DNA of 64,000 bases from Candidatus Heimdallarchaeota archaeon (GTDB lineage Archaea; Asgardarchaeota; Heimdallarchaeia; Heimdallarchaeales; Heimdallarchaeaceae). The DNA is taken from assembly GCA_030603365.1 (NCBI GenBank), contig JAUVXV010000007.1, positions 32,001 to 96,000 of the forward strand, written 5' to 3'. Made by a program: the position numbers and the translations under genes. Below, piece by piece: positions 10,716-20,742 of this stretch. Positions within the stretch are counted from its first letter, which is position 1; every line of letters starts with the position of its first letter. The notes beneath the pieces are model-generated. The model made no database searches. It saw only the letters and a program-made list of their open reading frames with translations, and was not told where the DNA came from.

Positions 10716-12047
10716 ATGAAAAAGCGTTATAGACATCTAATTGAAGCTGTTTCTATTTTAGCTTTTATTGGCTTAGTTGGGATTCTTCCTCTTTGGCTTT
10801 TATCTGAAAAACCTCAATCAATAGAGATTAACTCAGATAAAGATTTTCAGAAGTATAATTTTCCAGGAGATGGAAGTTTTGTTAATCCTTACATCATAGA
10901 AAACTTAACAATTTCAGAACAATTGAAACGAGGAATTTCAATTACTAATACAAATAAATATTTCATCATTAGAAATTGTTACATTTATGGAAATCTTCTC
11001 AATGGAATACGTTTAGATACAATTGCAGCGGGTACAGGGTTGATCTTTAATAATACCATCCAAGAACACAGCCAAGCAGGAATTCTAATTTCAACAAGCA
11101 ATAACATCTCAATTATTGACAATATTATTATTGAAAGTAAATACAAAATATGGTTGAATAACTCGGATTATTGTTGGATCTCAAACAATTATTTATTTGC
11201 ATATAGGCCTCCTTTAGGACAGTATGATATTTGGTACAGAGGGATATATTCAGTAAATTCGTTTTTTACTAGAATAGACTATAATACCATCCAGAATACC
11301 GCTTTTGGTATGTATATCTCTAATGGTGATAATAGTATTATATATGGGAATTTAATTCAATCAGCAACCCAAATCGGAATTTACTTATCCGAAAGCACAG
11401 ACTGTAATATCACATCTACTACTTGTTTAGATAGTTATGTTGATAGTTTTAGTCTACGTAATTCTAATTCCAACCTTATTCAGTATAGCTCTTCTCTTAA
11501 TGGTCTTCGAGGTTTGAAATTAAAGGAAAGTGATGAAAACACTATAAGTTATTGTATCTTCGATGAAAATGATATTGCAATCCTTCTAGAAGAAAACAGT
11601 CGATCTAATCTGATATCATTTACCGAATTTACAAGTAATTCTGAAGTAGCTATTCAATTGAATCAGGGAAGAGACAATATTATTCATCATAATTCCTTCA
11701 TAGATAATAATAATTCAGTAGAATACCAAGTAGAAGATCATAGTACCAATAATACGTGGTATGATGAAGTGAGCTCTGAAGGTAATTACTGGCATGGTTG
11801 GAACAGCTCTCTTCCTTATCAGATACCTGGCAGTGTAAACAGTTCTGATCCTTATCCATTAAGTGAGCCTATAGTTCTATTTCCATCTGAACTTATATCA
11901 AAACTTTATCCCAAAAAGACTTTTAATCTTGAAGAATTTTTCAGAGTTAGTGAATTATATCATGACAGATGGAAAAGTTCATCGTATATCAATGAAAGAT
12001 GTTGTTTTCAAAGCAGACCCAGAAAATCCTGCAGTATTAAAAATTAA
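10716..12047 (+). CDS. NosD/CASH right-handed parallel beta-helix protein, N-terminally membrane anchored
   Basis: I.I.SD.DF....FPGDGS...PYIIENL, repeated GI.L..S..N.I..N units, IHHNSFIDN...GNYW...D.YPL. The 3' end overlaps the next gene. Confidence 0.85.
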   Translation: MKKRYRHLIEAVSILAFIGLVGILPLWLLSEKPQSIEINSDKDFQKYNFPGDGSFVNPYIIENLTISEQLKRGISITNTNKYFIIRNCYIYGNLLNGIRLDTIAAGTGLIFNNTIQEHSQAGILISTSNNISIIDNIIIESKYKIWLNNSDYCWISNNYLFAYRPPLGQYDIWYRGIYSVNSFFTRIDYNTIQNTAFGMYISNGDNSIIYGNLIQSATQIGIYLSESTDCNITSTTCLDSYVDSFSLRNSNSNLIQYSSSLNGLRGLKLKESDENTISYCIFDENDIAILLEENSRSNLISFTEFTSNSEVAIQLNQGRDNIIHHNSFIDNNNSVEYQVEDHSTNNTWYDEVSSEGNYWHGWNSSLPYQIPGSVNSSDPYPLSEPIVLFPSELISKLYPKKTFNLEEFFRVSELYHDRWKSSSYINERCCFQSRPRKSCSIKN

Positions 12048-12864
12048 CTCTGGAGATACTGTTGTCTTTGAATGTAGAGATGCTTTCAATCAAACTATTC
12101 AAAAACCTGAAGACCTTCCTATCAATTTTGATATGGAAAAAATTAATCCCGCAACAGGTCCTGTGTATGTAAATGATGCTGAATCAGGAGATACCCTAGA
12201 GGTTCATATCCTAAAATTGGATGTAGCTGATCAAGGATCTTGTTGTATTATTCCGAACTTTGGTTTTCTCGCTAAAGAATTTACAGAGCCTTGGACAAGA
12301 ATAATTCCTATAAAAGATGGTTACGCTGAATTCAGTGATAAGGTAAAGATTCCAATTGATCCTTTTCCAGGTACTATAATTGTTGCTCCTTCTAAGGTAA
12401 CTCATAATCATGGAACTCTCATTCCCAAAGAATATGGTGGGAACATGGATTCAAGAGCTTGCACAGCTGGAACAATAGTCTATCTCCCAATATTTGTTGA
12501 AGGTGCATTGTTTGGTGTAGGAGATGTTCATGCGGTTCAAGGAGATGGAGAAGTGTGCGGAACAGCTGTAGAGATAGATGCAGATGTAACAATCAAATTA
12601 GTCGTAAATAAACAAAAGAAAATAAAGCGACCCCAATATGAAACTGACGAGTTCTTCATGACTACTGCTTGGGGAGAAACAACTGACGAAGCATGTAAGA
12701 TAGCTTTGAGAGATATGATTGAGTGGATTGTAGAAGAAAAGGGATTAACTCGAGAAGAAGCTTATGCTTTATGTAGCTGTGTAGTTGATATGAGAATCAG
12801 TCAACTAGTTGATATAACTCCTGGTGTTCGTGCCGTTATATCTAAAACCGTATTTGTTGATTAA
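11962..12864 (+). CDS. Acetamidase/formamidase family protein
   Basis: NPATGPVYV..AE.GDTLEVHI, PFPGTI, GGNMD, GDVHAVQGDGEVCGTAVE, EAY.LCS...D.RISQ.VD. ATG 11962 preferred to the track TTG at 11929. Confidence 0.93.
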   Translation: MTDGKVHRISMKDVVFKADPENPAVLKINSGDTVVFECRDAFNQTIQKPEDLPINFDMEKINPATGPVYVNDAESGDTLEVHILKLDVADQGSCCIIPNFGFLAKEFTEPWTRIIPIKDGYAEFSDKVKIPIDPFPGTIIVAPSKVTHNHGTLIPKEYGGNMDSRACTAGTIVYLPIFVEGALFGVGDVHAVQGDGEVCGTAVEIDADVTIKLVVNKQKKIKRPQYETDEFFMTTAWGETTDEACKIALRDMIEWIVEEKGLTREEAYALCSCVVDMRISQLVDITPGVRAVISKTVFVD

Positions 12865-12875
12865 GAGCTAAGATT

Positions 12876-13931
12876 ATGTCTAATTTAAAAGTGGAATTAT
12901 CTGAAGATTTAGTAAAAGATGTGTTTACTAATTACTATAATTTAGGTGAGATAACCTATGTTACAGATCTTGAATCAGGGCATGAGAGTGATAATGTTAA
13001 AGTAACCACTTCTACTGGTGATTATGTTCTCAAACTTCTTTTTCATGAACTAGATATTATTGAAGACAAAATGAATCTAAGTGAAATACTATCTTCATTT
13101 GGTGTTAAAATTCCCATTCCAATACGAACTAAAACAAATGGATGGGTTGTAAACTATGATGAGAACAATCTACTTGTTGTTCACACATTTATACCTGGTG
13201 AGTCTATCTATAGAGATGATAAGGAAGAAATGTATAGCAATATGAAATGGTTTGGAAAACAATTTGGAATATTTCATTACAATTCTAAAAAAATACCTCT
13301 GGAAATAATACAACAACGAGTAAAAAACAAAAAACTATATGAGCTGTCTCTCCCTCCAGGGGAATGGATAGGCGAACAATATAACAATTCAGAAACTATT
13401 TTACCGGAACATGAAAAAAACAATAGAATATTAGAGCTTTTTGAAGAATTCATTCAAAAATCTCAAGAGTTGAAATTAGCTAACTTATCAACAGGTATAA
13501 TCCATGGTGATCTCTTTCCAGGAAACTTCTTGATGGAAAATGGCAAACTTACAGGTATTATTGATTTTGGAGGAGCTAATTTCTACTACTTGATGGCTGA
13601 TTTGGGAACATGGGTGTTGTATACTACTCTTTATGATCTTGAGGTGAAAGAGAGATTCCAAGATTTCATAATTCCATATCTTGAGTATTCCAAAGTCTCT
13701 GTTGATGAGCTAAAAACTATAACTTTTTTCTTTAGAGCAAGAGCTTTTGTTCAATATTTCTACTTTGCTTATCGGATTAATAATAATATCACACAAGGAA
13801 ATTTTGAGGAAATTGGAGAAGACAATTGGAAGGGTTTTACAGATGGGATTTTTCTTGTAGAAGCTGCAACTGATTTAGTTGACAATTACTTCTATGATGT
13901 AGCAATTCAAGCTATAAATGAACACCAATGA
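12876..13931 (+). CDS. APH / homoserine kinase type II-like phosphotransferase
   Basis: G.E..N glycine loop, YVLK, Brenner motif IIHGDLFPGN, IIDFG. Confidence 0.88.
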   Translation: MSNLKVELSEDLVKDVFTNYYNLGEITYVTDLESGHESDNVKVTTSTGDYVLKLLFHELDIIEDKMNLSEILSSFGVKIPIPIRTKTNGWVVNYDENNLLVVHTFIPGESIYRDDKEEMYSNMKWFGKQFGIFHYNSKKIPLEIIQQRVKNKKLYELSLPPGEWIGEQYNNSETILPEHEKNNRILELFEEFIQKSQELKLANLSTGIIHGDLFPGNFLMENGKLTGIIDFGGANFYYLMADLGTWVLYTTLYDLEVKERFQDFIIPYLEYSKVSVDELKTITFFFRARAFVQYFYFAYRINNNITQGNFEEIGEDNWKGFTDGIFLVEAATDLVDNYFYDVAIQAINEHQ

Positions 13932-13988
13932 TTTCTCTTTTGTCAGAAATCTTTTTAATTTCTGTGAGAATCTTTTAAGGATGATTAT

Positions 13989-14816
13989 ATGACAAATAAA
14001 GAAAAAGAAATTCTAGATGCAATCGAGTATTCAATGTTTATGTATCCCGGAATTGAAGGAGTTTTAGATGAATACAAACATGATTCGATTAAGGGTTATG
14101 TTTGTCCTGCAGTAGATTATGAGGAATACAACCGTGTTGGAATGTCTCGTTTAACAGAGGAACAAACAGAGGAAGCAATTAAAGAGGTTTTATCTCATTA
14201 CAAATCATTAGGACTTACATCAGTAGGATGGCTCCTATCCCCTCAGTCACAACCTAGCAATCTTGAAAAGAGATTAGTAGATTCTGGATTCAAAAAAGAA
14301 ATACCTATACTGGGTATGGTTAGATCAACAGCAGAGAAACTAGAAATCAATATGACTGATGAATTTGAAATAAAAAAATACGAAGAGGAAGAAGCGATAA
14401 AACTGTTGAAAAATCCTGAAATTCAATATGTCTATGAAAAAGCATATGGGACTCCTGAAGGTGCTTCTCAAATAATGAATTATGTAGGAGATATGTTTAG
14501 AGATATTAATTATACAATTTATGTTGCTCATGATAAAAAAACAGATAAACCAGTAGCATTTGGAGCTATTTCATATGTTCCCAATACCAACTGTGCAGTG
14601 CTAAATGGAGCTGCTACTCTTCCAGAGTATAGAAAAAGAGGAATCTATTCAACACTATTGCAATTGAGATATGATCAAGCTAAAAATGATGGAATTGAAC
14701 ACCTATTAATTCAAGCTAAGGAAGAAACATCTGCTCCTATTGCCGCTAAAAACGGTTTTGAGAAAGTTTGTGAAATACCTATGTATGTATGGAGAGCAGA
14801 GAAAACTGAGCAATAA
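13989..14816 (+). CDS. GNAT family N-acetyltransferase
   Basis: AATLPEYRKRGIYSTL motif A, ...KNGFEKV. Confidence 0.88.
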   Translation: MTNKEKEILDAIEYSMFMYPGIEGVLDEYKHDSIKGYVCPAVDYEEYNRVGMSRLTEEQTEEAIKEVLSHYKSLGLTSVGWLLSPQSQPSNLEKRLVDSGFKKEIPILGMVRSTAEKLEINMTDEFEIKKYEEEEAIKLLKNPEIQYVYEKAYGTPEGASQIMNYVGDMFRDINYTIYVAHDKKTDKPVAFGAISYVPNTNCAVLNGAATLPEYRKRGIYSTLLQLRYDQAKNDGIEHLLIQAKEETSAPIAAKNGFEKVCEIPMYVWRAEKTEQ

Positions 14817-14878
14817 CACTTTTTTTTTCTATTTTTATCGATTGAAGCTCTAAAAAAATGATGTAAAAGTTCACTTTG

Positions 14879-15904
14879 CTATCTGATCAATTTTAGACCC
14901 AATAAGTGCACTGTCTCAATAATAGTGAAGTCATAGTCTAAGCACACAGTTTTTTGATCTTCATCGGAAGTTCTAAGTTCTACAATTGTGTTTTGCTTAA
15001 ATGTAAAATTATTCTTAACATAGATGAGACCATAAGTCAACAGAGGTTTGGTTAATAATTCTCTATGATCTGGATCAAGCATTAATTCGACTCTATGAGG
15101 AGAACCTTCTTTACGTGCAAGATATACATAGAGTGTTCCAATAAGGGCATCTTCACGATGGATAGTCCATTGACTGATTTTCATCTTAATGAAGAGTTTG
15201 ACTAAAGGGCGGATCAACCTAATTAATAATGGCTTATGATATTTCTTCTTGCTAATAGGTTGGAAAATTTGAGTTTCCTCAGGAGTAGATCTAATATCCA
15301 ATTCATAACGACTTTGATTAGTTTTTTTGTTTCTCTTTAGTTCTCCAAAATCATATCCTTTTGGTAAGATTATTGGAACAATTGAAGATAATTTTTCGTG
15401 CTCCAATTTGTATCTCGAAACACTATCATAATGAACAAATTCGAGACTTTTATACAAGTTGTATGCTGGCCTATTTATATCCTTAACTTCTAGAACACAT
15501 AGTTTAGCTCCTAATTCCTTTGCATGATCAACTGCTAGTGTAACAAGTTTTCTAGCTAGTCCTTTTCTTCGATAATCTGGATGAGTTGCAACCATTGATA
15601 TTTCCCAATGATAGATACTATAACTAAGATTAACTGAAGCTATGATTCGTCCCTCAGAATTTTCAATTACAAAACCATCTAAAGTGTGTTTGAAATCTTT
15701 ATTGAATAAACCCATAATCTTGAAGAATGGTAGTAGTGATTTATATTCATCAAAAACATTTTTCATTTCCAATCCTTTAGATTCTAGTTCTTCCTCAAAA
15801 ACTAATTCGAGTAGCTCTGAAACCTTCTCATGGTCTTCTTCGAAATCCCAAGTTCGTAAAGTTAGTTCCTCATCATCGATTTCTAGCTTTTCTTCATAAG
15901 ACAT
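14879..15904 (-). CDS. GNAT family N-acetyltransferase (N-terminal GNAT plus degenerate second domain)
   Basis: VATHPDYRRKGLARKL, LEV...NRPAYNLYKSLEF. Confidence 0.88.
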   Translation of the reverse strand: MSYEEKLEIDDEELTLRTWDFEEDHEKVSELLELVFEEELESKGLEMKNVFDEYKSLLPFFKIMGLFNKDFKHTLDGFVIENSEGRIIASVNLSYSIYHWEISMVATHPDYRRKGLARKLVTLAVDHAKELGAKLCVLEVKDINRPAYNLYKSLEFVHYDSVSRYKLEHEKLSSIVPIILPKGYDFGELKRNKKTNQSRYELDIRSTPEETQIFQPISKKKYHKPLLIRLIRPLVKLFIKMKISQWTIHREDALIGTLYVYLARKEGSPHRVELMLDPDHRELLTKPLLTYGLIYVKNNFTFKQNTIVELRTSDEDQKTVCLDYDFTIIETVHLLGLKLIR

Positions 15905-16066
15905 ATTTACACCTTGAAATACTATAACTACGTTATCTCTGAACAGGCACTATTAAGTTGTTTTACTACCAATCAGTTTAATTTTAATACAAAATAGTAA
16001 ATAGTTTGAATCTTCTAGCTTACTGATAGAAGTAACAGTTTTATACTATTTCAGAAAAGAACTATC

Positions 16067-17650
16067 ATGGCTGAGAGAATCATCTCCTTTGATATCCTTA
16101 GAGGTTGGGCTATACTAGGCAACTTACTGGTACATACTTTTATGATAGTAAGTCAGATACAAGGTCAAGCTGAATCAAGTCCAGGTGATTTAACCTTAAT
16201 TGGTTTTATCATAATGGGTCTAATAGTCGTTTTTGGTCATTGGAGAGGATTGTTCTTACTTATCAGTGCAGCAGTTCATATGCTTATGATGCAAATGAAG
16301 TACAAACGTGGTGTTAGAAGAGGAGTGATTCTTGTTCAAGAATTAATGAAAGGATTTCTTCTATGGCTTTGGTCAATGTTCTTCTATGTATTTCTAGCCC
16401 AATGGGGACCTTCCAAAGCATGGGCTGAACAGAGAGGTGTTAATATACAATGGGAGAATATCTATCATGCAGACCAATTTGCTAATATTGCTTGGGCTAT
16501 AATGATTTCTGCAGTAATTTATTTCATATTGACATCTCATGAAAAACTCAGAAAGCCATTAGTTATGTCAGCTGTTTTTGCAGTTGTTGGACTCTTATTT
16601 GTTTTCCCAGCTCCAATTATTCATGAAGCTGCAAGAGATTTCTGGATGGTAGATCTACATGAAAATATACCATCCCAATATACAGGATTCTTTGGAGCAT
16701 TAAATTATAACGGGTGGAAGGGATATTTTGATAATATCGGATTTACGGGTACGTGGGACTATGTAGTTCGATATAGAGGAGGGCATCTAAGTTATATAGG
16801 AGAGAAAGGATGGTGGGATTATATTCTAAGAATGATTGGAAACCAGTTTAATGCTCGAGAATCTCCTCTTCTTCCACATTTTGCTTATAGTGCTGTAGGT
16901 TCAATTTTGGGTATATACATTTCTCAAGATAAGAAACCTGACAAGAAAAAATTCCTTTCTTGGGGTTACGGACTTGCAGGAGGAAGCATCGCATTTGGAG
17001 CGTTTTGGTTATTTGCTGTTAGTAAGATTCCTGAAGATCCATTCATGCTTGTAGATTTTCATATTCATCCAACTTGGTTTGTCTTCGTGACAATTGGAAT
17101 GTTACTATTTGTTATACTAGGTTTACTGCATGGTCATGAGTTTAGCAGAAAGGTTAATTGGAAAAGAAGACTAAAGTGGTCTCGATTCAGCAGACGAGTG
17201 GGGTTTCTATCTCTCTCAGTTTATTCTTTTGCTTCAATTCAAGCAGTTTTTAGAGTAATATATGGAAGTATTTTTCCAAATCAAGGATTTAGGACAGCTT
17301 TTGGACTCAATCTAGGATTTACTATTCTGTTGATAGCAACTGAATTTGTATTTTGGTTTGGAATTTTATGGTTATGGGAGAAATGGCATTTCAATTTATC
17401 AGGGGAATGGTTATTTGCACTCATACTCAAACGACCTTCTCAGAGAAAACAAGAAAATAAACCTAAACTATTTGGAGATTTTCTAGATGTGAAAGGAAGA
17501 GTAATTGAAGTCACTCCTATTCATTGGGTAGATCCTTTACTAACTGAAGAAAGAGAAGAAATAGGAAAAATCAGAGCAACAATTCACAAAATAAAGTTCA
17601 AGAAGAACAATGTAACATCATCTACAGCTACCGCGAGTCAGAATACTTAA
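16067..17650 (+). CDS. Polytopic membrane protein, acyltransferase-3 / HGSNAT / DUF1624-like
   Basis: N-terminal RIISFDILRGWAI...VH and FLLISA motifs typical of TM acyltransferases; about 11 TM segments; late G..SLSVY motif. Confidence 0.65.
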   Translation: MAERIISFDILRGWAILGNLLVHTFMIVSQIQGQAESSPGDLTLIGFIIMGLIVVFGHWRGLFLLISAAVHMLMMQMKYKRGVRRGVILVQELMKGFLLWLWSMFFYVFLAQWGPSKAWAEQRGVNIQWENIYHADQFANIAWAIMISAVIYFILTSHEKLRKPLVMSAVFAVVGLLFVFPAPIIHEAARDFWMVDLHENIPSQYTGFFGALNYNGWKGYFDNIGFTGTWDYVVRYRGGHLSYIGEKGWWDYILRMIGNQFNARESPLLPHFAYSAVGSILGIYISQDKKPDKKKFLSWGYGLAGGSIAFGAFWLFAVSKIPEDPFMLVDFHIHPTWFVFVTIGMLLFVILGLLHGHEFSRKVNWKRRLKWSRFSRRVGFLSLSVYSFASIQAVFRVIYGSIFPNQGFRTAFGLNLGFTILLIATEFVFWFGILWLWEKWHFNLSGEWLFALILKRPSQRKQENKPKLFGDFLDVKGRVIEVTPIHWVDPLLTEEREEIGKIRATIHKIKFKKNNVTSSTATASQNT

Positions 17651-17682
17651 AAAGAATCTTACTTACTTAGTAATTGAAATAA

Positions 17683-19224
17683 ATGAAGAAGAAGGTAAGA
17701 AGTTACCTCATTATTTTTCTACTCATAACTGTTCTTTTCCTTTCATTTTCTATCAAAGAAAAAACAACTGGCAGAGTTTTTCTACCAGATGATGAATTGA
17801 ATAGTATTACTCTAACTATTTTAACCAGACATGATATAACTATCACAAGTGAGTTTACTTCCAGATTTCTAGCAACACCTGAAGCAATTGCTTTAGACAT
17901 TACAGCATTAGACTTTAGATATGCAACTACAGATGATGGTTGGAAAAAACTTCTCGAAGATCCTTCAAAATCTGTTGACCTTGCATGGGGAGGAGGTCCT
18001 GCTGTATTCACTAAAATGGATGATTTAGGACTACTTTATCACATTAATTCAGTAGCAGATGCCGAATTATTTACAGCTATTAATGAAAGTGTTCCTAACA
18101 CTTTAGCTGGTTCTTTAATGAAAAGCTTCAGTGACACTGGTGATATAATCTGGGCTGCTAATACTATATCTTCTTTTGGTTTTACAGTCAATCATGACTA
18201 CTTAGACACATATGGTCTACCTATTCCACAAACTTGGGAAGAACTTGCTAGTCCAGTTTATTACATAGATAATAGTGAAAAAGCAATTGCTATGGGTGAT
18301 CCACCTTTGACAACTTCTAACACTAGAATTTACCAAATCATTCTTCAGGCATTTGGTTGGGAAGATGGATGGCAGATACTAACCAGAATGGGTGCTAATG
18401 CAGGTATTTATCCTGGATCTGTTGATACCAGAGCTGCTGTAGTCTCAGGAGAAGTCGGTATAGCAATGACTATAGATTTCTATGGCGTGATAGCTCATCG
18501 AGAGAACCCCAATTGCGAGTATATCATTCCTGAAGGTCAATCAATGATTAGCGGAGACCCAATCGCAATGGGAATCAATGTTGACCACTATGATGCTGCA
18601 GCAGCTTTCATGAAGTTTGTTTTTTCTCCTGAAGGTCAAACTGCATGGATGGTTCCAGGTCTAGACCGTCTTCCAGTCAATGAATCTGCTTTTCATACTC
18701 CTGAAGGTTCAACTTATATTGAATTATATGAGCTTTATAATCAAACATTATTGAATTATGGAATAATGTTTGACGAAACTCTTGCAGTAGCTAACTTAGA
18801 CACAACAATTTATTATTTCCATAATACAATTCAACAAAAACATACTTTATTGAGATCAGCATGGGGAGAGATGGTAACTCAATTTCGCGATGGAAATATT
18901 AGTGCTACAGAGTTCATCAGCTTGGTGGATATTCTTGGATTTCCGGGTATGACATTACAAGAATCTATTGATTGGAATACTCAGTATCAGTCTGATCCAA
19001 CGTTTGCGGCAGAAAAAGATTCAGGATGGAGAATTTATGCAGAAACACAATATAATACTATACTCGATTATTTCATAGTTGAAACACCCACTCCAACACC
19101 AACGCCAACACCAACGCCAACGCCAACAGAAACTGAAACTACTCCACCTACAACTATAGTGACGATTGGCATACTCATGAGTGTAATTTCATTATTCATT
19201 ATAAGAAAGAAACAGAAAAAATAA
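17683..19224 (+). CDS. ABC substrate-binding protein (iron/thiamine-like class) with PT linker and C-terminal anchor
   Basis: DLAWGGG, PQTWEELASP, MGDP..T.SN, AAAFMKFVFSPEGQ, (TP)n linker at about 19084-19130, C-terminal TM plus RKKQKK. Confidence 0.85.
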   Translation: MKKKVRSYLIIFLLITVLFLSFSIKEKTTGRVFLPDDELNSITLTILTRHDITITSEFTSRFLATPEAIALDITALDFRYATTDDGWKKLLEDPSKSVDLAWGGGPAVFTKMDDLGLLYHINSVADAELFTAINESVPNTLAGSLMKSFSDTGDIIWAANTISSFGFTVNHDYLDTYGLPIPQTWEELASPVYYIDNSEKAIAMGDPPLTTSNTRIYQIILQAFGWEDGWQILTRMGANAGIYPGSVDTRAAVVSGEVGIAMTIDFYGVIAHRENPNCEYIIPEGQSMISGDPIAMGINVDHYDAAAAFMKFVFSPEGQTAWMVPGLDRLPVNESAFHTPEGSTYIELYELYNQTLLNYGIMFDETLAVANLDTTIYYFHNTIQQKHTLLRSAWGEMVTQFRDGNISATEFISLVDILGFPGMTLQESIDWNTQYQSDPTFAAEKDSGWRIYAETQYNTILDYFIVETPTPTPTPTPTPTPTETETTPPTTIVTIGILMSVISLFIIRKKQKK

Positions 19225-19267
19225 TTGGGACTAATACTAGTCCTTTTTTTATTGATTCAAAAAGCAA

Positions 19268-20488
19268 CTATTTCTTATTAATCACTTTTTGATAACAACT
19301 TTGGCAATAGATAGGTTTGCTAGTAGTTGGTTTGAAGGGAATAATAACCTCTGATTTACAGTCTCTACAAATTGTTGTATGCATTCTTTTGTTTGACCTA
19401 TATGGTCCTTTTCTGTCACCAAATCTCTCTACTGGTTTTTCATTTTTAGTTGTCTCAAAAGTAGCTTCATTTCGACTACTTTCTACCAGTCTTCTTCTAG
19501 GTCTTTGAGGTTTATCGGTTGATCTTCTTCTTGATTGTTCAGAACCACTATCTCTAGGTTTGTGATCTTGGAAACAATCTCTACAATAAACAGGTTTGAC
19601 TCCAGTAGGTTTGAAAGGTAAGGTTGTTTCCTTATTACAGTCACTACAAACAGCTTTGAATTCTTGTCTGGGTCTACCTTCAGAACGACTGCTTGATCTA
19701 TCATCATACCTTCTTCGTGATCCGTCAGATGAACGATAGTCTTGTCTTCCTCTCGAACGATCAGTTGGTCTTCTTCTTCGATCAGAATCTGTATCTCTAG
19801 GTTTGTGATCTTGGAAACAATCTCTACAATAAACAGGTTTGACTCCAGTAGGTTTGAAAGGTAAGGTTGTTTCTTTATTACAGGCACTACAAACAGCTTT
19901 GAATTCTTGTCTGGGTCCATCTCTAGAACGGCTACTTGATCTATCATCATACCTTCTTTGTGGTCTATCAGATGATCTTCTTCTTGGTCCGTCAGATCCT
20001 CTATCTCTAGGTTTGTGATCTTGGAAACAGTCTCTGCAATAAACAGGTTTGGATCCCGAAGGTTTGAAAGGTAAGGTTGTTTCTTTGTTACAAGAACTAC
20101 ATACAGCTTTGAATTCTTGTCTGGGTCCATCTCCAGAACGACTACTAGAACGACTACCTGATCTACTGTCAGATCTTCTATTTGGTCTATCTGTTGAACG
20201 GTAATTTGATCTACCATCCGAACGACTGCTTGATCTATCACCATACCTTCTTTGTGATCTGTCACTTGAGCTACTTTCTGGTCTACCTCTTGGACGGTTG
20301 TTTGGTCTTCTTCTTCTAGGATTATCAATTCCTCGATCTCTAGTACTACTACTTGGTCTATTACCAGATCTATATTGAGGTTTGTCTCTGGCTTTAAAAT
20401 TATCATGAGTTTTGGAATGTGTTGAATTTACCTTCCTTTTGACAGATTTCTGACTACTTGAGCCTCCAGAAGCTCGATTACTTGACAT
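19268..20488 (-). CDS. Protein with four CxxC-x17-CxxC zinc-ribbon modules separated by Arg/Ser/Asp-rich disordered linkers
   Basis: AVCSxCNKETTLPFKP(S/T)GxKPVYCRDCF three times, plus TICRDCKSEVIIPFKPTTSKPIYCQSCY; low-complexity RSSSRSD linkers. Confidence 0.88.
   Translation of the reverse strand: MSSNRASGGSSSQKSVKRKVNSTHSKTHDNFKARDKPQYRSGNRPSSSTRDRGIDNPRRRRPNNRPRGRPESSSSDRSQRRYGDRSSSRSDGRSNYRSTDRPNRRSDSRSGSRSSSRSGDGPRQEFKAVCSSCNKETTLPFKPSGSKPVYCRDCFQDHKPRDRGSDGPRRRSSDRPQRRYDDRSSSRSRDGPRQEFKAVCSACNKETTLPFKPTGVKPVYCRDCFQDHKPRDTDSDRRRRPTDRSRGRQDYRSSDGSRRRYDDRSSSRSEGRPRQEFKAVCSDCNKETTLPFKPTGVKPVYCRDCFQDHKPRDSGSEQSRRRSTDKPQRPRRRLVESSRNEATFETTKNEKPVERFGDRKGPYRSNKRMHTTICRDCKSEVIIPFKPTTSKPIYCQSCYQKVINKK
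19549..20127. repeat. Three near-identical ~125-bp intragenic repeats encoding the zinc-ribbon modules
   Basis: TCTCTAGGTTTGTGATCTTGGAAACA... begins at 19551, 19794 and 20004 (spacings 243 and 210, both multiples of 3). Confidence 0.9.
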
Positions 20489-20742
20489 GTTTTACACCTA
20501 TATACTTCATAGCACAGAGTATATTGGAATATTAGAAAGACCAGATTCCAGAAAGAAAGAGAATTCCTTTATGAACCTTAACTTGTTAATATCGCTAATA
20601 CTTTACTATACTAAGCTCAACCTTTAAAACGGCTATTTAAACCACACTATTCGCGTACTAATTATTGATTGTGATAGAAAATAATGCTAGAATAAAACGA
20701 AAATATGTTTATCTCAAATCTTGAGTAATCTCAAGTATTTTA

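Noticed and set aside
19549-20127. Repeats as a possible CRISPR array
   Set aside because: Units are about 125 bp, in frame and protein coding, and no cas genes are present. No short-repeat/spacer array was seen anywhere in the window.
19483-20406. 307-aa alternative-frame ORF overlapping the zinc-ribbon protein
   Set aside because: Explained by repeated, low-complexity Arg/Ser/Asp codons that lack stops in the shifted frame; no recognisable motif or separate start signal.
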